Shown here one piece after another: positions 10,389 through 21,391 of a DNA stretch of 64,000 nt (position 1 is its first letter; each line of letters begins with the position of its first letter). The notes beneath the pieces are model-generated. The model worked only from the letters and a program-made list of their open reading frames with translations, did not search any database and was not told the origin of the DNA. The stretch lies in the NCBI GenBank assembly GCA_965219445.1, contig CBDCNQ010000003.1, positions 224,001-288,000 of the forward strand, given 5' to 3'. This DNA comes from Longimicrobiales bacterium (lineage in GTDB: Bacteria > Gemmatimonadota > Gemmatimonadetes > Longimicrobiales > Gaopeijiaceae). A program made the position numbers and the translations under genes.

Positions 10389-11105
10389 ATGAAGACGACT
10401 TTGCCGAGAGGTGAGAGCTCAAAGAGGACAGTCCGCGTACGCCGCGATGGAACCACTCTTGCCTTGGTCCTGGCCCTTGCCGGCGCCGGATGCTCCGGTA
10501 TGAGCAACACACAGCGTGGAGCCCTGATCGGGGCAGGCGCTGGAGGGGCGGTGGGGGCCGTCGTCGGTAACGCAGCAGGTTCGACCACAAAAGGCGTGCT
10601 CATCGGTGCCGCAGTGGGAGGGGCAGCAGGCGCGATCATCGGGAGTCGAATGAACGACCGGGCCGAAACGCTGGCAAGGGACCTCCCGAACGCCACGATC
10701 GAGCGCGTGGGAGAAGGGATCCTCGTGACCTTCGACTCCGGCATCCTCTTCGGCTTCGACTCGTTTGCCCTTCGGCCGCAGGCTCGTAGCAACCTCGGGG
10801 ATCTGGCTGGCGTGCTAGCGGAAGACTCGGACGACTACGAGTTGCTCGTGGCGGGGCACACCGATAACTCCGGAGCCGAGTCTTACAACCAGACTCTCTC
10901 CGAAAGGCGAGCCTCGGCGGCTTCGGACTATCTGGCCACCCACGGGATCCCACACACACAGATCCGCACCCAGGGCCTCGGCGAGATGGAGCCCATGGCC
11001 TCGAACGAGACCCCATCGGGTCAGGAGACCAACCGGCGGGTCGAGGTCGCGATCTTCGCGAGCGCTGAATACCGCGATGAGGCAATCCGGCAAGCCCGAA
11101 ACTGA
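10389..11105 (+). CDS. OmpA-family lipoprotein with glycine zipper
   Basis: AGAGC lipobox, Gly zipper, GHTD, YN..LS.RRA, NRRVE. Confidence 0.95.
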   Translation: MKTTLPRGESSKRTVRVRRDGTTLALVLALAGAGCSGMSNTQRGALIGAGAGGAVGAVVGNAAGSTTKGVLIGAAVGGAAGAIIGSRMNDRAETLARDLPNATIERVGEGILVTFDSGILFGFDSFALRPQARSNLGDLAGVLAEDSDDYELLVAGHTDNSGAESYNQTLSERRASAASDYLATHGIPHTQIRTQGLGEMEPMASNETPSGQETNRRVEVAIFASAEYRDEAIRQARN

Positions 11106-11156
11106 TACTGCCCCCCCTCGGAGCGGGAGGCCTCGGCTATCTCGCTCCGGCCGGTT

Positions 11157-11396
11157 CTAGCCGGACCACGGAGGTGGGCTCGCCCCCTCCGGCTCATCTT
11201 CGGCGCGAGCTTCCATCACTCGTCGTATGCCATAGATCGCGAGACATGCCAACGCCACCGCAAGCCCGATCTTGAGCCACATGGTTAGAACTCCAAGGAT
11301 CCAGGCAATCACCGGAGCCATGAGAATCTGAAGAATCTTCCACAGGATGACGCCGGCGATTCCCGTAAGGGCAACGGGGGCAAGAGATTTCATCAT
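11157..11396 (-). CDS. small hydrophobic membrane protein
   Basis: 79 aa, 2-3 TM segments, GAGG RBS. Confidence 0.7.
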   Translation of the reverse strand: MMKSLAPVALTGIAGVILWKILQILMAPVIAWILGVLTMWLKIGLAVALACLAIYGIRRVMEARAEDEPEGASPPPWSG

Positions 11397-11594
11397 TTCG
11401 TCTTTCCTCGAAAACCTGATTCCTATCAGCTTTTACAAAGCGTAGGCCTCCCTTGTTTCAGGCGGCCGTGATGGTCATGGGGCTTGCCCAGCCCGTGCTT
11501 CGAAAGTGCTGGGCGCCCGGCCGTCTTGCGACCCCGAATGAACTCTTGCTAATGTGCCGAAGCGATACGCGGTTCTCACCCCACGCGCGCCCTG

Positions 11595-11670
11595 GTCCCG
11601 GTCTCTCGACGGACTCTCACGGACGAGTGTGGACGCTGAAACGCCCAGAGGCAAGCGAGACGACCGGGAC
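11595..11670 (+). promoter_or_regulatory. candidate structured 5' leader RNA (multibranch)
   Basis: GTCCCGGTC-TCTCG (11595-11608) pairs with CGAGA-c-GACCGGGAC (11656-11670) and encloses two small hairpins. Confidence 0.4.
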
Positions 11671-11718
11671 GGACCCAGATCGCCCGAAAATCCCATCGCG
11701 GCCCAGCGAGGCGCCACC

Positions 11719-12702
11719 ATGAGCGAAACCCCGGCCAACACAGATGCGCTCCGCGTTCCAGGGATCCATCACGTTACCGCGATTTCGGGGCCTGCACAGC
11801 AGAACGTGGATTTCTACGCGGACCTCCTCGGACTCCGTACGGTCAAGCAAACCGTGAATTTCGACGATCCGGGGACGCACCACCTTTACTACGGCGACCA
11901 GTCCGGGACACCGGGCACCGCAATGACCTTCTTTCCCTGGGAGCACGCAGCCCAGGGTGCGCCCGGATCGGGTGTCACCGAAGCGACCGGCTTCTCGGTG
12001 CCCCCCGGGTCACTCGAGTTCTGGGCCGACCGCCTCGAAGCCGCGGGCGCGTCGCCGAGGGAGGTGACCACTCGATTCGGCGAGGAGTCACTTCGCTGTG
12101 AGGATCCCGATGGGTTGGTTTTCGAACTCGTGGCGGGGCCCGCCACACGCGAGACATCGGCAGGCCGCCCCGTTCATGCAGATGTTCCCGCGGAGTTCGC
12201 CATTCGCGCCTTCCACGGCGTGCTTCTCGATGTGATGGACCCGGACCCAACGGCGAGGCTCCTGACGGACGTCATGGGCTTCGAGCACGTCGGCGAATAT
12301 GGTGGACGGCTCCGTTTCAGGGGTAATGAGCAAGACGTCGGCTCGATCGTGGACCTGCGTTCCGCCGGGTCAGGGGCGATGCCGCGGATGGGACGAGGTA
12401 GCGTCCACCATGTGGCCTTCCGCGCCCGGGACGACGATGAGCAACAGTCCTGGAGGGAGACGGTCGCCGGCACGGGTATCCCGGTGACAACGGTCAAGGA
12501 CCGCTGCTACTTTCGGTCCATCTACTTTCGGGAGCCTGGCGGCGTTCTCTTCGAGATCGCGACCGATACGCCCGGGTTCGGAGTCGACGAATCCCCTATG
12601 GAGCTCGGGCGGAGCCTCAAACTCCCTCCCTGGTTCGAAGCCCGCCGGGAGGAGCTAGAGGCACGGCTTCCGGTGCTCATCCTCCCCGACGAACGTCCGT
12701 GA
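11719..12702 (+). CDS. ring-cleaving dioxygenase (VOC, MhqO/MhqA-like)
   Basis: GIHHVTAI, TVNFDDP..HLYYG, VHHVAFR, DR.YF.SIYFREPGG.LFEIATD. Confidence 0.95.
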   Translation: MSETPANTDALRVPGIHHVTAISGPAQQNVDFYADLLGLRTVKQTVNFDDPGTHHLYYGDQSGTPGTAMTFFPWEHAAQGAPGSGVTEATGFSVPPGSLEFWADRLEAAGASPREVTTRFGEESLRCEDPDGLVFELVAGPATRETSAGRPVHADVPAEFAIRAFHGVLLDVMDPDPTARLLTDVMGFEHVGEYGGRLRFRGNEQDVGSIVDLRSAGSGAMPRMGRGSVHHVAFRARDDDEQQSWRETVAGTGIPVTTVKDRCYFRSIYFREPGGVLFEIATDTPGFGVDESPMELGRSLKLPPWFEARREELEARLPVLILPDERP

Positions 12703-13346
12703 AAGACGATCCTCACAGAGGGAGTGAGGAGGTTCGGTTCGGTCCGTCGCTTGAAGAGGCCGAGAGCGCAGTCGTTCTGATCCATGGTCGAGGCGACAGC
12801 TCCCGGGGCATTCTTACCCTGGCACCGGAGCTCCAAGCGCCACGAACGGCGTTTGTCGCTCCACAGGCAGTGGGCTTTTCGTGGTACCCCTTCAGCTTTC
12901 TGAGCGAGGTCGAATCGAACGAGCCTTGGCTCTCTTCGGCTCTCGACCGGGTCGAGGCGGCCGTCGCTAGCGTCGCCACGGTCATTGGGGAGAGCCGAGT
13001 CGTCCTCCTGGGCTTCTCTCAAGGAGCGTGCCTGGTTCTCGAGTTCGCGGCCCGAAATACACGGCGGTACGGAGGCTTGGTCGCGTTTTCGGGAGGGCTC
13101 ATCGGACCTGACGGTACGCCGCGTGACTACCCTGGGTCCCTGGAGGGTACGCCGGTCTTCCTGGGCTGCAGCGACGTCGACGCGCACGTTCCGGTGGGCC
13201 GCGTCCATGAATCCGCGCAGGTTTTGGAGGATCTCGGCGGCGAGGTCGAGGAGCGGATCTATCCGGGTATGGGGCATACGATCAACGGAGACGAAATCGC
13301 TTGGGTCAGCAGGATGCTCACCTCCATCAGCGCTGAGAACCCTTGA
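12699..13346 (+). CDS. phospholipase/carboxylesterase (alpha/beta hydrolase)
   Basis: HGRG, GFSQG, D.HVP, MGH; GTGA overlap with the upstream gene. Confidence 0.93.
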   Translation: MKDDPHRGSEEVRFGPSLEEAESAVVLIHGRGDSSRGILTLAPELQAPRTAFVAPQAVGFSWYPFSFLSEVESNEPWLSSALDRVEAAVASVATVIGESRVVLLGFSQGACLVLEFAARNTRRYGGLVAFSGGLIGPDGTPRDYPGSLEGTPVFLGCSDVDAHVPVGRVHESAQVLEDLGGEVEERIYPGMGHTINGDEIAWVSRMLTSISAENP

Positions 13347-13487
13347 TACCGCCCAGTCCCAAACCGACCTGCGAGCTCTTTTTCACAAAAAGAGCTAGGT
13401 TTCCCGCCCAACTGACCGGTATACTTAAAGGACCGGTAGGTGCTCCGCACGAGGACGGCTGCTCATGTCATGTAGGGATGTAAAAGG

Positions 13488-13970
13488 GTGTTTACAGATA
13501 CAACCATCCTCGTTATCGAGGACAATCCCGATCACGTCGGGTTGATCGAGGCAGTGATCTCCCGCGGCCTCGGTGGAGCCCGGGTTCAGGTGGCTCTCCG
13601 CGGCCAGGGGGCTCGCCGGCATCTCCGCGGGGAATGGTCCGCATACGAGGACGACGGCAAAAACAACCCGGTCCCCGACTTGATCGTGTTGGATATCTCG
13701 CTACCGGATGGGAGCGGCTTCGACGTCCTCCGATGGATTTCGAGGCGTGATGAGCTCAAGAACATTCCCGTTATCGTGTTCACAGCCTCTACGGATCCCG
13801 AGCACGCCCGGATGGCGGAAGAGTACGGTGTCCGCCAATACCTCCAGAAACCCGCCGACCTCGGCGACTTGGTGGTGACAATCAAGGAGGCGCTACGGGG
13901 AGGGGCTGCGCCCCAAGCCCCCGGTACGACAGTTCGGCCACGGGCACAGTCCCCCCTCGCCGAGAATTGA
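13488..13970 (+). CDS. single-domain response regulator (Rcp1-like)
   Basis: IEDN, PDLIVLD..LP..SG, FTAS, KP. Confidence 0.9.
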   Translation: MFTDTTILVIEDNPDHVGLIEAVISRGLGGARVQVALRGQGARRHLRGEWSAYEDDGKNNPVPDLIVLDISLPDGSGFDVLRWISRRDELKNIPVIVFTASTDPEHARMAEEYGVRQYLQKPADLGDLVVTIKEALRGGAAPQAPGTTVRPRAQSPLAEN

Positions 13971-14031
13971 TATAGTTTCGGTGTTCCTTTGAGAAAGCGC
14001 GGCCCTTCGTGCCGTGACCTGAACGCTATCA

Positions 14032-15351
14032 ATGACGGGGGACACCCCGGTACTCATGACCCGCTCCGAAACGTTGACCCCGGCTCGGCCCCCCGAAGCC
14101 CCGGCATTCCACGTGGGCTCAGAGATCGGGCGTCTAAGAAAGGTTCTGGTCCACCGTCCGGACCTGAGCCTCGAGCGGCTCACACCTTCGAACGTGCAGG
14201 ACCTGCTCTTCGACGGTGTGCTGTGGGTGCGGAGAGCTCGGGAGCAGCACGATGTTTTCGTCGACCACCTCCGGGACCGGGGTGTCGAAGTCTACCTACT
14301 GCGAGACCTCCTTTCGGAGACACTCACGCTGAGCGAAGACGCTCGATGTGAGATCGTGCGGCACGTGGTCACCGAGTGGACCGTCGGGCCCTCCCTCCGT
14401 GATGAGATTCGAGCATATCTCCTGGAGATGAACCCGGACGATCTCGCGACCCACCTGATCGGCGGCCTCGAAAGGAGTGAGCTCGAGGGACTCGATCTCA
14501 CCCGCTCGCTGATGGCGCGGGCAGGCTTCGACGCGTCTTTCGTTCTTCCGCCGCTGCCCAATTCTCTTTTCACGAGGGATTCGTCGTCGTGGATCTACAA
14601 TGGCGTGACCCTGAATCCGATGTATTTCCCCGTGAGACGGTTGGAGACCGTGAACGTGGAGCTCATCTACAAGTATCATCCCCTGTTCGCAAAGGCGGAT
14701 TTCGAGATCTGGTATTCCCGCGATCAGAGGAGTGTGGATGCTCCCTTCGAGGATTTCGGAAGGGCCTCCCTGGAGGGCGGAGACGTCATGCCGATCGGCA
14801 ACGGTACCGTGCTGCTGGGCATCAGTGAGAGAACCACGGCGCGGACGGTGGAGCTCTTCGCAAAAAAGCTCTTCGAGGCGGGTGCCGTGGAACGTGTCAT
14901 CGCCTGTGACATCGGCCAGGACCGGGCGCATATGCACCTCGACACAGTGATCACGATGTTGGACGTGGACGCCGTGACCATCTACCCGCGGGTCGTGGAT
15001 CACATCACGGCTTTCAGCCTTCGCCCCTCGGACCGGGCCGGGGGCGGGATGGACATCACTCCCGAGAAAAGCTTCCTCGACGCGCTCAAGGACGCGTTAG
15101 AGGTGAGGCAGTTGAGGGTCGTAGGGACAGGAGGTGATGAGTTTCAAGCCCAGCGGGAGCAGTGGGACGATGGGAACAACCTCTTGGCCGTCGAACCTGG
15201 CGTGGTCGTAGCATACTCGAGGAATGAGTACACGAACACGAAGTTACGAAAGGCGGGTATCGAGGTGATTACGATTGACGGGTCTGAGTTGGGACGCGGG
15301 CGGGGCGGCGGCCACTGCATGACGTGCCCGCTGTTGAGAGACCCGGTCTAG
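14032..15351 (+). CDS. arcA: arginine deiminase
   Basis: [39 protein letters not shown]. Confidence 0.98.
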   Translation: MTGDTPVLMTRSETLTPARPPEAPAFHVGSEIGRLRKVLVHRPDLSLERLTPSNVQDLLFDGVLWVRRAREQHDVFVDHLRDRGVEVYLLRDLLSETLTLSEDARCEIVRHVVTEWTVGPSLRDEIRAYLLEMNPDDLATHLIGGLERSELEGLDLTRSLMARAGFDASFVLPPLPNSLFTRDSSSWIYNGVTLNPMYFPVRRLETVNVELIYKYHPLFAKADFEIWYSRDQRSVDAPFEDFGRASLEGGDVMPIGNGTVLLGISERTTARTVELFAKKLFEAGAVERVIACDIGQDRAHMHLDTVITMLDVDAVTIYPRVVDHITAFSLRPSDRAGGGMDITPEKSFLDALKDALEVRQLRVVGTGGDEFQAQREQWDDGNNLLAVEPGVVVAYSRNEYTNTKLRKAGIEVITIDGSELGRGRGGGHCMTCPLLRDPV

Positions 15352-15394
15352 GATGCTGTCTGAAGCGCATCACGACGGAGGTAGGAGCTAACCC

Positions 15395-16399
15395 ATGACT
15401 GTGGAGCTGGGCCGGCGGAGCTTTCTCAAGCTCGACGACTTTACACCGGAGGAGATCAGGTACCTCCTGGACTTGGCGGCCGAGCTGAAAGCCGAGAAGG
15501 CCGAACGTCGGGAGCACCCACGTCTGGCCGGTAAGAATATTGCCCTGATATTCGAGAAGACCTCCACCCGGACGCGCTGTGCGTTCGAGGTGGCCTCCTT
15601 CGATCAAGGCGTCCGTGTTACGTATCTGGGGCCAAGCAGCGGATCCCAGATCGGGCACAAGGAATCGATCAAGGATACCGCCCGCGTGCTCGGCAGAATG
15701 TACGATGGTATCGAATACCGGGGATTCGGACAGGAGATCGTCGAGGAGTTGGACAGGTTTGCGGGTGTGCCGGTGTGGAATGGCCTGACCGACGAGTTCC
15801 ACCCCACTCAGGTGTTGGCCGACCTCCTCACAATGGAGGAGCACAGCCAGACGCCACTCTCGGAGGTCTCGTTCTGTTATCTGGGCGACGCCCGCAACAA
15901 CATGGGCAACTCACTGATGGTCGGGGGAGCCAAGATGGGCATGGATGTCCGGCTGGTGGCTCCCCAAACGTGCTGGCCGGAGGCGGATCTCGTCAGCCGG
16001 TGCCGGGAAATCGTCGAGTCCACGGGCGGAATACTCACGCTGACCGAGAGTGTGGAGGAGGGCGCCTCCGACGTGGACTTCCTCCACACGGACGTGTGGG
16101 TGTCGATGGGTGAGCCAGAAGCGAAGTGGACGGAGCGGATCGAGCTTCTGAGACCCTATCAGGTCAACGGGGATGTGATGGCCAAGACCGGGGATCCGCC
16201 GGCAAAATTTCTACACTGCCTGCCTGCCTTCCACGACAGGGAAACACGGGTGGGAGAGGAAATATTCGAGAAGTTCGGGCTGGATGGAATGGAAGTGACC
16301 GACGACGTGTTCGAGTCTGAACAATCGATCGTGTTCGACCAAGCAGAGAATCGGGTGCACACCATCAAGGCGGTGATGGTGGCGACGCTCGGGGGTTGA
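15395..16399 (+). CDS. arcB: ornithine carbamoyltransferase (catabolic context)
   Basis: STRTR, HPTQ, DVWVSMG, HCLP; lies between arcA and arcC. Confidence 0.97.
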   Translation: MTVELGRRSFLKLDDFTPEEIRYLLDLAAELKAEKAERREHPRLAGKNIALIFEKTSTRTRCAFEVASFDQGVRVTYLGPSSGSQIGHKESIKDTARVLGRMYDGIEYRGFGQEIVEELDRFAGVPVWNGLTDEFHPTQVLADLLTMEEHSQTPLSEVSFCYLGDARNNMGNSLMVGGAKMGMDVRLVAPQTCWPEADLVSRCREIVESTGGILTLTESVEEGASDVDFLHTDVWVSMGEPEAKWTERIELLRPYQVNGDVMAKTGDPPAKFLHCLPAFHDRETRVGEEIFEKFGLDGMEVTDDVFESEQSIVFDQAENRVHTIKAVMVATLGG

Positions 16400-16411
16400 G
16401 CCGCGCCCCCC

Positions 16412-17317
16412 ATGCGCATCGTCGTGGCGCTCGGAGGGAACGCACTGTTACGCAGGGGCGAGCCTCCCACAGCTAGGGTACAACGTGGGAACGTGCGGAT
16501 CGCGGCAGAGGCGTTGGCGCCCGTCGCCAACGATCACCAGCTCGTGATCACGCACGGGAACGGTCCCCAAGTAGGTCTCCTGGCGCTGCAGGCGGCGGCG
16601 TACGAAGACGGGCGCCCCTACCCGCTCGACGTCCTCGGTGCGGAGAGCGAGGGAATGATCGGATACTTGATCGAGCAAGAGCTGGGTAACCTGCTGCCGT
16701 TCGAGCGGCCTCTAGCGACCCTCCTTACGATGGTGGAGGTCGATCGCGACGACCCGGCGTTCCAGAATCCGACAAAGCCGATCGGCCCCCTCTACACCGA
16801 GGACGAAGCACGCACGCTTGCGACGGACAGGGGATGGGCCGTCGCACCGGACGGCGACGCGTGGCGACGCGTGGTGCCGTCACCGCTTCCCAAACGTGTA
16901 TTCGAAGTTCGACCTGTGCGCTGGCTCCTGGAGCACAACGTCATCGTGATCTGCTCGGGAGGGGGAGGGATTCCCACCGCCTACGACGATCAGCGAAAAC
17001 TGCATGGAGTGGAAGCAGTGATCGATAAGGACCGGGCTAGCGCGCTACTGGCCGAGGAGGTCGAAGCGGACCGCCTGATCCTGGCCACCGACATCGATGC
17101 AGTCTATTCAGGATGGGGTACACCCGACGAACGCCCGATCGTACACGCGTCTCCGGGTGATTTCCGGCGCCAGGACTTCCCTGCCGGCTCGATGGGTCCT
17201 AAGGTCGAGGCGGCCTGTACGTTCGTGGAGAATACGGGAAGGAGGGCGACGATCGGCGCGCTCGAAGACATCGCAAAGATGTTGGCCGGCAAAGCCGGAA
17301 CGGTGATCGAACCGTGA
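16412..17317 (+). CDS. arcC: carbamate kinase
   Basis: [35 protein letters not shown]. Confidence 0.98.
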   Translation: MRIVVALGGNALLRRGEPPTARVQRGNVRIAAEALAPVANDHQLVITHGNGPQVGLLALQAAAYEDGRPYPLDVLGAESEGMIGYLIEQELGNLLPFERPLATLLTMVEVDRDDPAFQNPTKPIGPLYTEDEARTLATDRGWAVAPDGDAWRRVVPSPLPKRVFEVRPVRWLLEHNVIVICSGGGGIPTAYDDQRKLHGVEAVIDKDRASALLAEEVEADRLILATDIDAVYSGWGTPDERPIVHASPGDFRRQDFPAGSMGPKVEAACTFVENTGRRATIGALEDIAKMLAGKAGTVIEP

Positions 17318-17378
17318 CGGCCTCTGAGCGTGGACGGGCGCTGGGCGACGTCGGCCTCGGCGCAGACGCGTCGCCGCC

Positions 17379-18302
17379 GTGAATGACTCAGCCTTTCGCA
17401 TCGGAATCGACTTCGGCGGCACCAAGATCGAGGGCTTGGCACTCAGCCGAGACGGAGCCGAGGTCGCGCGCAGGCGAGTCGAGACGCCGAAGGGCTACGA
17501 GCAGGCGCTGCTAGCTATCGAGGGGCTCATATCGTTTCTCGAGGACGAAGCGAGTGCGGTGAGCGGCAACGCCGGGCGCGGCTCAGTCGGCGTGGGTATC
17601 CCGGGGACCCTGTCGCCCGTGACGCGAGTCGTGAAGAACTCCAATTCGACCTGGCTGAATGGCCGCGCGTTCGACAAGGACCTGGAAGCGATCATACGAA
17701 GGCCGATACGTGTGATGAACGATGCGAATTGCTTCACGGTCTCCGAGGCCACCGACGGCGCGGGTATGGGAGCGGAAGTTGTGTTCGGCGTCATCCTCGG
17801 TACCGGAGTCGGCGCCGGCATCGTAGCAGGAGGAACCGTGTTGGAGGGCCACCAAGGAATCGGTGGAGAGTGGGGCCACAACTCGCTCCCCTGGCCAAAA
17901 GAAGGCGAGTGGCCCGGACCGGCCTGCTACTGCGGACGGAGCGGTTGCATAGAGACGTATGTGTCAGGACCGGGCATGGAGCGGGACCACGCGGCGGCCA
18001 CGGGCCAGCAGCTCTCGACTCGAGAGATTGTGGCCAGAGCCGTCAGCGACGACGGCGATGCCGCGGCCTCGTATGGCCGTTATGTGGACCGTTTGGCTCG
18101 GGGCTTGGCCTCCGTCATCAACGTTCTGGACCCGGAGATCGTCGTTCTAGGCGGGGGCATGTCGAACCTTCCGGCGCTACCCGAGGACGTGGAGGCAGCC
18201 CTGCCTCCGTACGTCTTTAGCGATCACGTCGCCACACGGGTCCTGCGGAATGTGCACGGGGATTCGAGTGGCGTCCGGGGGGCGGCCTGGCTCTGGCGGT
18301 GA
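17379..18302 (+). CDS. ROK family sugar kinase (Mak-like)
   Basis: GIDFGGTK, NDANC, GTGVG, GEWGH, CYCG..GC.E. Confidence 0.93.
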   Translation: MNDSAFRIGIDFGGTKIEGLALSRDGAEVARRRVETPKGYEQALLAIEGLISFLEDEASAVSGNAGRGSVGVGIPGTLSPVTRVVKNSNSTWLNGRAFDKDLEAIIRRPIRVMNDANCFTVSEATDGAGMGAEVVFGVILGTGVGAGIVAGGTVLEGHQGIGGEWGHNSLPWPKEGEWPGPACYCGRSGCIETYVSGPGMERDHAAATGQQLSTREIVARAVSDDGDAAASYGRYVDRLARGLASVINVLDPEIVVLGGGMSNLPALPEDVEAALPPYVFSDHVATRVLRNVHGDSSGVRGAAWLWR

Positions 18303-18333
18303 CGCCCGAGAACGCACCCCTCCAGGTACCCGG

Positions 18334-18624
18334 TCATATCTTCCCCAATTCGTGCATGATGGCCATGACGTTTCCTTCGGAGTCGTGGAAAGAGGCGATG
18401 GACAGCTCGTAGTTGTCGGTCCGATGTACGATCTGCGGCGGCCGGATCAACATCAACCTCGTCCCGCCGAGGTCGAAGAATGCGAGCCCGGGTGCGTCGA
18501 AGAGGAACGGAACGCCCAGTACGTCGCGATAAAACGCCGTGGCCCGCTCGACGTCTTCGACCGTGACCGCGATCTGTCCCAACTCGGTCAGTCCTGCGTT
18601 CTTCTCTCTACCGGCCTCTACCAT
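18334..18624 (-). CDS. VOC/glyoxalase family protein, apparently internally deleted
   Basis: GQIAVTV.D.ERA..FYRDVLG and F.DSEGN ends are present; only 96 aa. Confidence 0.7.
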   Translation of the reverse strand: MVEAGREKNAGLTELGQIAVTVEDVERATAFYRDVLGVPFLFDAPGLAFFDLGGTRLMLIRPPQIVHRTDNYELSIASFHDSEGNVMAIMHELGKI

Positions 18625-18660
18625 CGCTCCATCCTCCGTTGACGGGTTCGCGCCATATAT

Positions 18661-19467
18661 CTAGCTGCCACCCCGGCTAGGCGGAACGAGGCCCCATCGC
18701 TCGATGAGCTCCTGGATCCCGGCGACGCCGTCCGTGAGAGCCGCGGGGCCCGGTTGAAGAATGATCGACGACTTGATCTCGTAGACGTGCCCATCACGTA
18801 CCGCCGGGACGTTCTCCCATCCCGGCCGCGCCACGACTCTCTCCGGACGGAATTTACGGCCGCACCACGAACCGATGATGATATCCGGTGCTCTACGTAC
18901 GACCTCGTGCGGATCCTCTATGATCCGGCCCTTCGCGAGCGGGGACTCGGACAACTCGGGAAAGCAATCCTCCCCCCCCGCGTAGCCCAAGAGCTCCGAA
19001 ACCCAGCGGATGCCAGAAATCATCGGATCACTCCACTCCTCGAAATAGATGCGGGGCCGATCCGTGAACCCGCGGGCTCGTTCCTGGACCCTAGCGAGAT
19101 TGGCGGCGAGGCGGACCGCAAGTCTTTCTCCCTTCTCGGCGCATCCCACCATGGCTCCCAACGTGCGGATCATCCGCAGGATACCGTCCACGCTCCGGTG
19201 GTTGAACACGTGGACCTCGATCCCATGGCCGATCAACTCCGCCGCAATGTCGGCTTGGATGTCCGAGAACCCCAGGACCAGGTCCGGCCTAAGGCTCAGT
19301 ATCTCGTCGATCTTAGCAGTCGTGAAGGCCGAGACTCGCGGCTTTTCTCGGCGGGCGTGAGGGGGGCGAACGGTGAACCCGGAGATCCCCACGATCCTCC
19401 AGTCCTCGCCGATCTCGTAGAGCGTCTCGGTGGTTTCTTCAGTCAAACAAACGATCCGCTCATACAT
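18661..19467 (-). CDS. BtuF-like cobalamin/iron-chelate binding-protein family member, no signal peptide seen
   Basis: RIVCLTEETTE, PRIYFEEW.DP, SWCG, ILQPGP. Confidence 0.85.
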   Translation of the reverse strand: MYERIVCLTEETTETLYEIGEDWRIVGISGFTVRPPHARREKPRVSAFTTAKIDEILSLRPDLVLGFSDIQADIAAELIGHGIEVHVFNHRSVDGILRMIRTLGAMVGCAEKGERLAVRLAANLARVQERARGFTDRPRIYFEEWSDPMISGIRWVSELLGYAGGEDCFPELSESPLAKGRIIEDPHEVVRRAPDIIIGSWCGRKFRPERVVARPGWENVPAVRDGHVYEIKSSIILQPGPAALTDGVAGIQELIERWGLVPPSRGGS

Positions 19468-19568
19468 GGGACGCTTCGGGATTCAGAATTGCGGTTGAAT
19501 GGGCATGGTACGATGATCCATACCGTATACCAAGAGTTTCCACGACCGACACCCAAAGGAGTGAGCAC

Positions 19569-19928
19569 GTGTCTCATAAAAGCACGAAGGAAGTTCCCGC
19601 CGAGCCCGTGCGCGCAGGCTCCGGAACCGTCCGCCAAGTCCTGATCGGCCCGGAGGAGGGTCCGAATTTCTCGATGCGGCGTTTTGTCATGGAGCCGGGC
19701 GGGGGAATGCCGAATCACACGAACACGGTGGAGCACGAGCAGTATGTGCTGGGTGGAGCCGCTCGAATTGGTATCGGCGAAGATGTGATCGAGGTCACTC
19801 AGGGTGACGTCGTCTTCATCCCGGCCGGCGTTCCGCACTGGTACGAATCCCTCGGCCCGGATGAATTCGAGTTCCTGTGTGTGGTCCCCAACGGGCCAGA
19901 TGAAACACGCATCGTGGAGAACGAATAG
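19569..19928 (+). CDS. cupin domain protein
   Basis: H.N..EHEQYV and GDVVFIP.G..H; AAGGAG RBS, GTG start. Confidence 0.9.
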   Translation: MSHKSTKEVPAEPVRAGSGTVRQVLIGPEEGPNFSMRRFVMEPGGGMPNHTNTVEHEQYVLGGAARIGIGEDVIEVTQGDVVFIPAGVPHWYESLGPDEFEFLCVVPNGPDETRIVENE

Positions 19929-19933
19929 GCGGC

Positions 19934-21349
19934 ATGGAGACCATCGGATGGCTTTCGATTCTCCCGCCCGTGGTGGCCATCGCCATGGCCATCAAGACTC
20001 GGGAGGTCTACATCTCGCTGGCCCTCTTCGTCTGGCTGGGCTGGACCATCATGAACTCGTGGAATCCAGTCGTTGGATTGGTGGACGGCGTCAACACGTT
20101 CCTGGCCGCGATCACCAGCCCCGGCAACGCCAGAACGCTCGTCTTCTCCGCGCTGATCGGAGCGATTATCACTCTGACGCAGGCGTCGGGCGGCATGGAG
20201 GGATTTACCAACTGGGCCGAGCGAAAGCGGTTGGGCCAGAATCGCCGCACCGTGCGGCTGTTCGCCATCGGCACCAGCATGTCTCTCTTCCTGGAATCGA
20301 ATTTCGGACTTCTGGTGTCGGGCTCCGTCGCGCGCCCGCTCTTCGATCGGGCCAAGATTTCCCGTGAAAAGCTGAGCTATATCCTCGACGCGACATGTGC
20401 GCCGAAGCAGCTCCTCATCCCGATCAACGCCTGGGGAGCCTACATCGTGACACTCTTGGCCGCACAGAACGTCGCCGAGCCAAACCGAGTCCTCATCTCG
20501 GCCCTCACGTTGAATTTTTACGCGATCCTCTCGGTAATTCTGGTCGTTTTCGTGGCCCTGACTGACTGGAATATCGGACCCATGAGGGAAGCCGAGCGCC
20601 GGATCCGGGAAGAGGGAAAGCTCCTACGTGAGGGCGCCGAACCCATGATGTCCTCGGACGTCTCCATGTTGGAGGCGAAGGAGGCGGTACCGCGACGGGC
20701 CTCCAACATGCTTCTTCCGGTCATCGCCATGGTCGCCACGGTACCGCTCGTCCTATGGATCACCGGAGGAGGAGAGATGCTCCAGGGTAGTGGCTCGGAC
20801 GCCGTGCTCTGGGGCGTGATCGTCGGAATCCTGCTCGCAGCCCTCATGTATCGGGCGCAGGGGATCATGACATTCCGGGAGGTGACCAACCATACAATCA
20901 AGGGAATTCAGGGTCTGACACCCGTCGTGATTGTGCTCGCGTTGGCGTTTTCGATCGCGGGAACGCAGCAGGCCTTGGGCACGGGTGTTTGGCTGGCTCA
21001 GGTGGCGGAGGCCAACGTGAATCCTGGCTTCGTGCCGGCCATCGTCTTTGTACTTGCATGTATCATGGCCTTCTCGACGGGAACGTCGTGGGGCACGTTC
21101 GCGATCATGATTCCGATCGTGGTGCCGATGGCGGAACTGCTGGATCTACACCTCGGGCTCACGCTGGCGGCCGCGTTGGGCGGCGGGATCTTCGGGGATC
21201 ACTGTTCCCCGATCTCCGACAGCACGATTGTGGCGTCGATGGCCTCTGCGACGGACCATATCGACCATGTACGTACACAGCTTCCCTACGCGCTCTTGGC
21301 TGCAACCGGTGCCCTCGTGCTGTTCCTGGGTGTGGGCTTCATGCTCTAG
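19934..21349 (+). CDS. NhaC-family transporter
   Basis: About 11-12 TMs; STGTSWGTFAI, GDHCSPISDSTI, H..TQLPY. Confidence 0.93.
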   Translation: METIGWLSILPPVVAIAMAIKTREVYISLALFVWLGWTIMNSWNPVVGLVDGVNTFLAAITSPGNARTLVFSALIGAIITLTQASGGMEGFTNWAERKRLGQNRRTVRLFAIGTSMSLFLESNFGLLVSGSVARPLFDRAKISREKLSYILDATCAPKQLLIPINAWGAYIVTLLAAQNVAEPNRVLISALTLNFYAILSVILVVFVALTDWNIGPMREAERRIREEGKLLREGAEPMMSSDVSMLEAKEAVPRRASNMLLPVIAMVATVPLVLWITGGGEMLQGSGSDAVLWGVIVGILLAALMYRAQGIMTFREVTNHTIKGIQGLTPVVIVLALAFSIAGTQQALGTGVWLAQVAEANVNPGFVPAIVFVLACIMAFSTGTSWGTFAIMIPIVVPMAELLDLHLGLTLAAALGGGIFGDHCSPISDSTIVASMASATDHIDHVRTQLPYALLAATGALVLFLGVGFML

Positions 21350-21391
21350 CCGTGCTGAGTCCTGGGGCCATGGCCCTGAGGCCTGTTGGAG

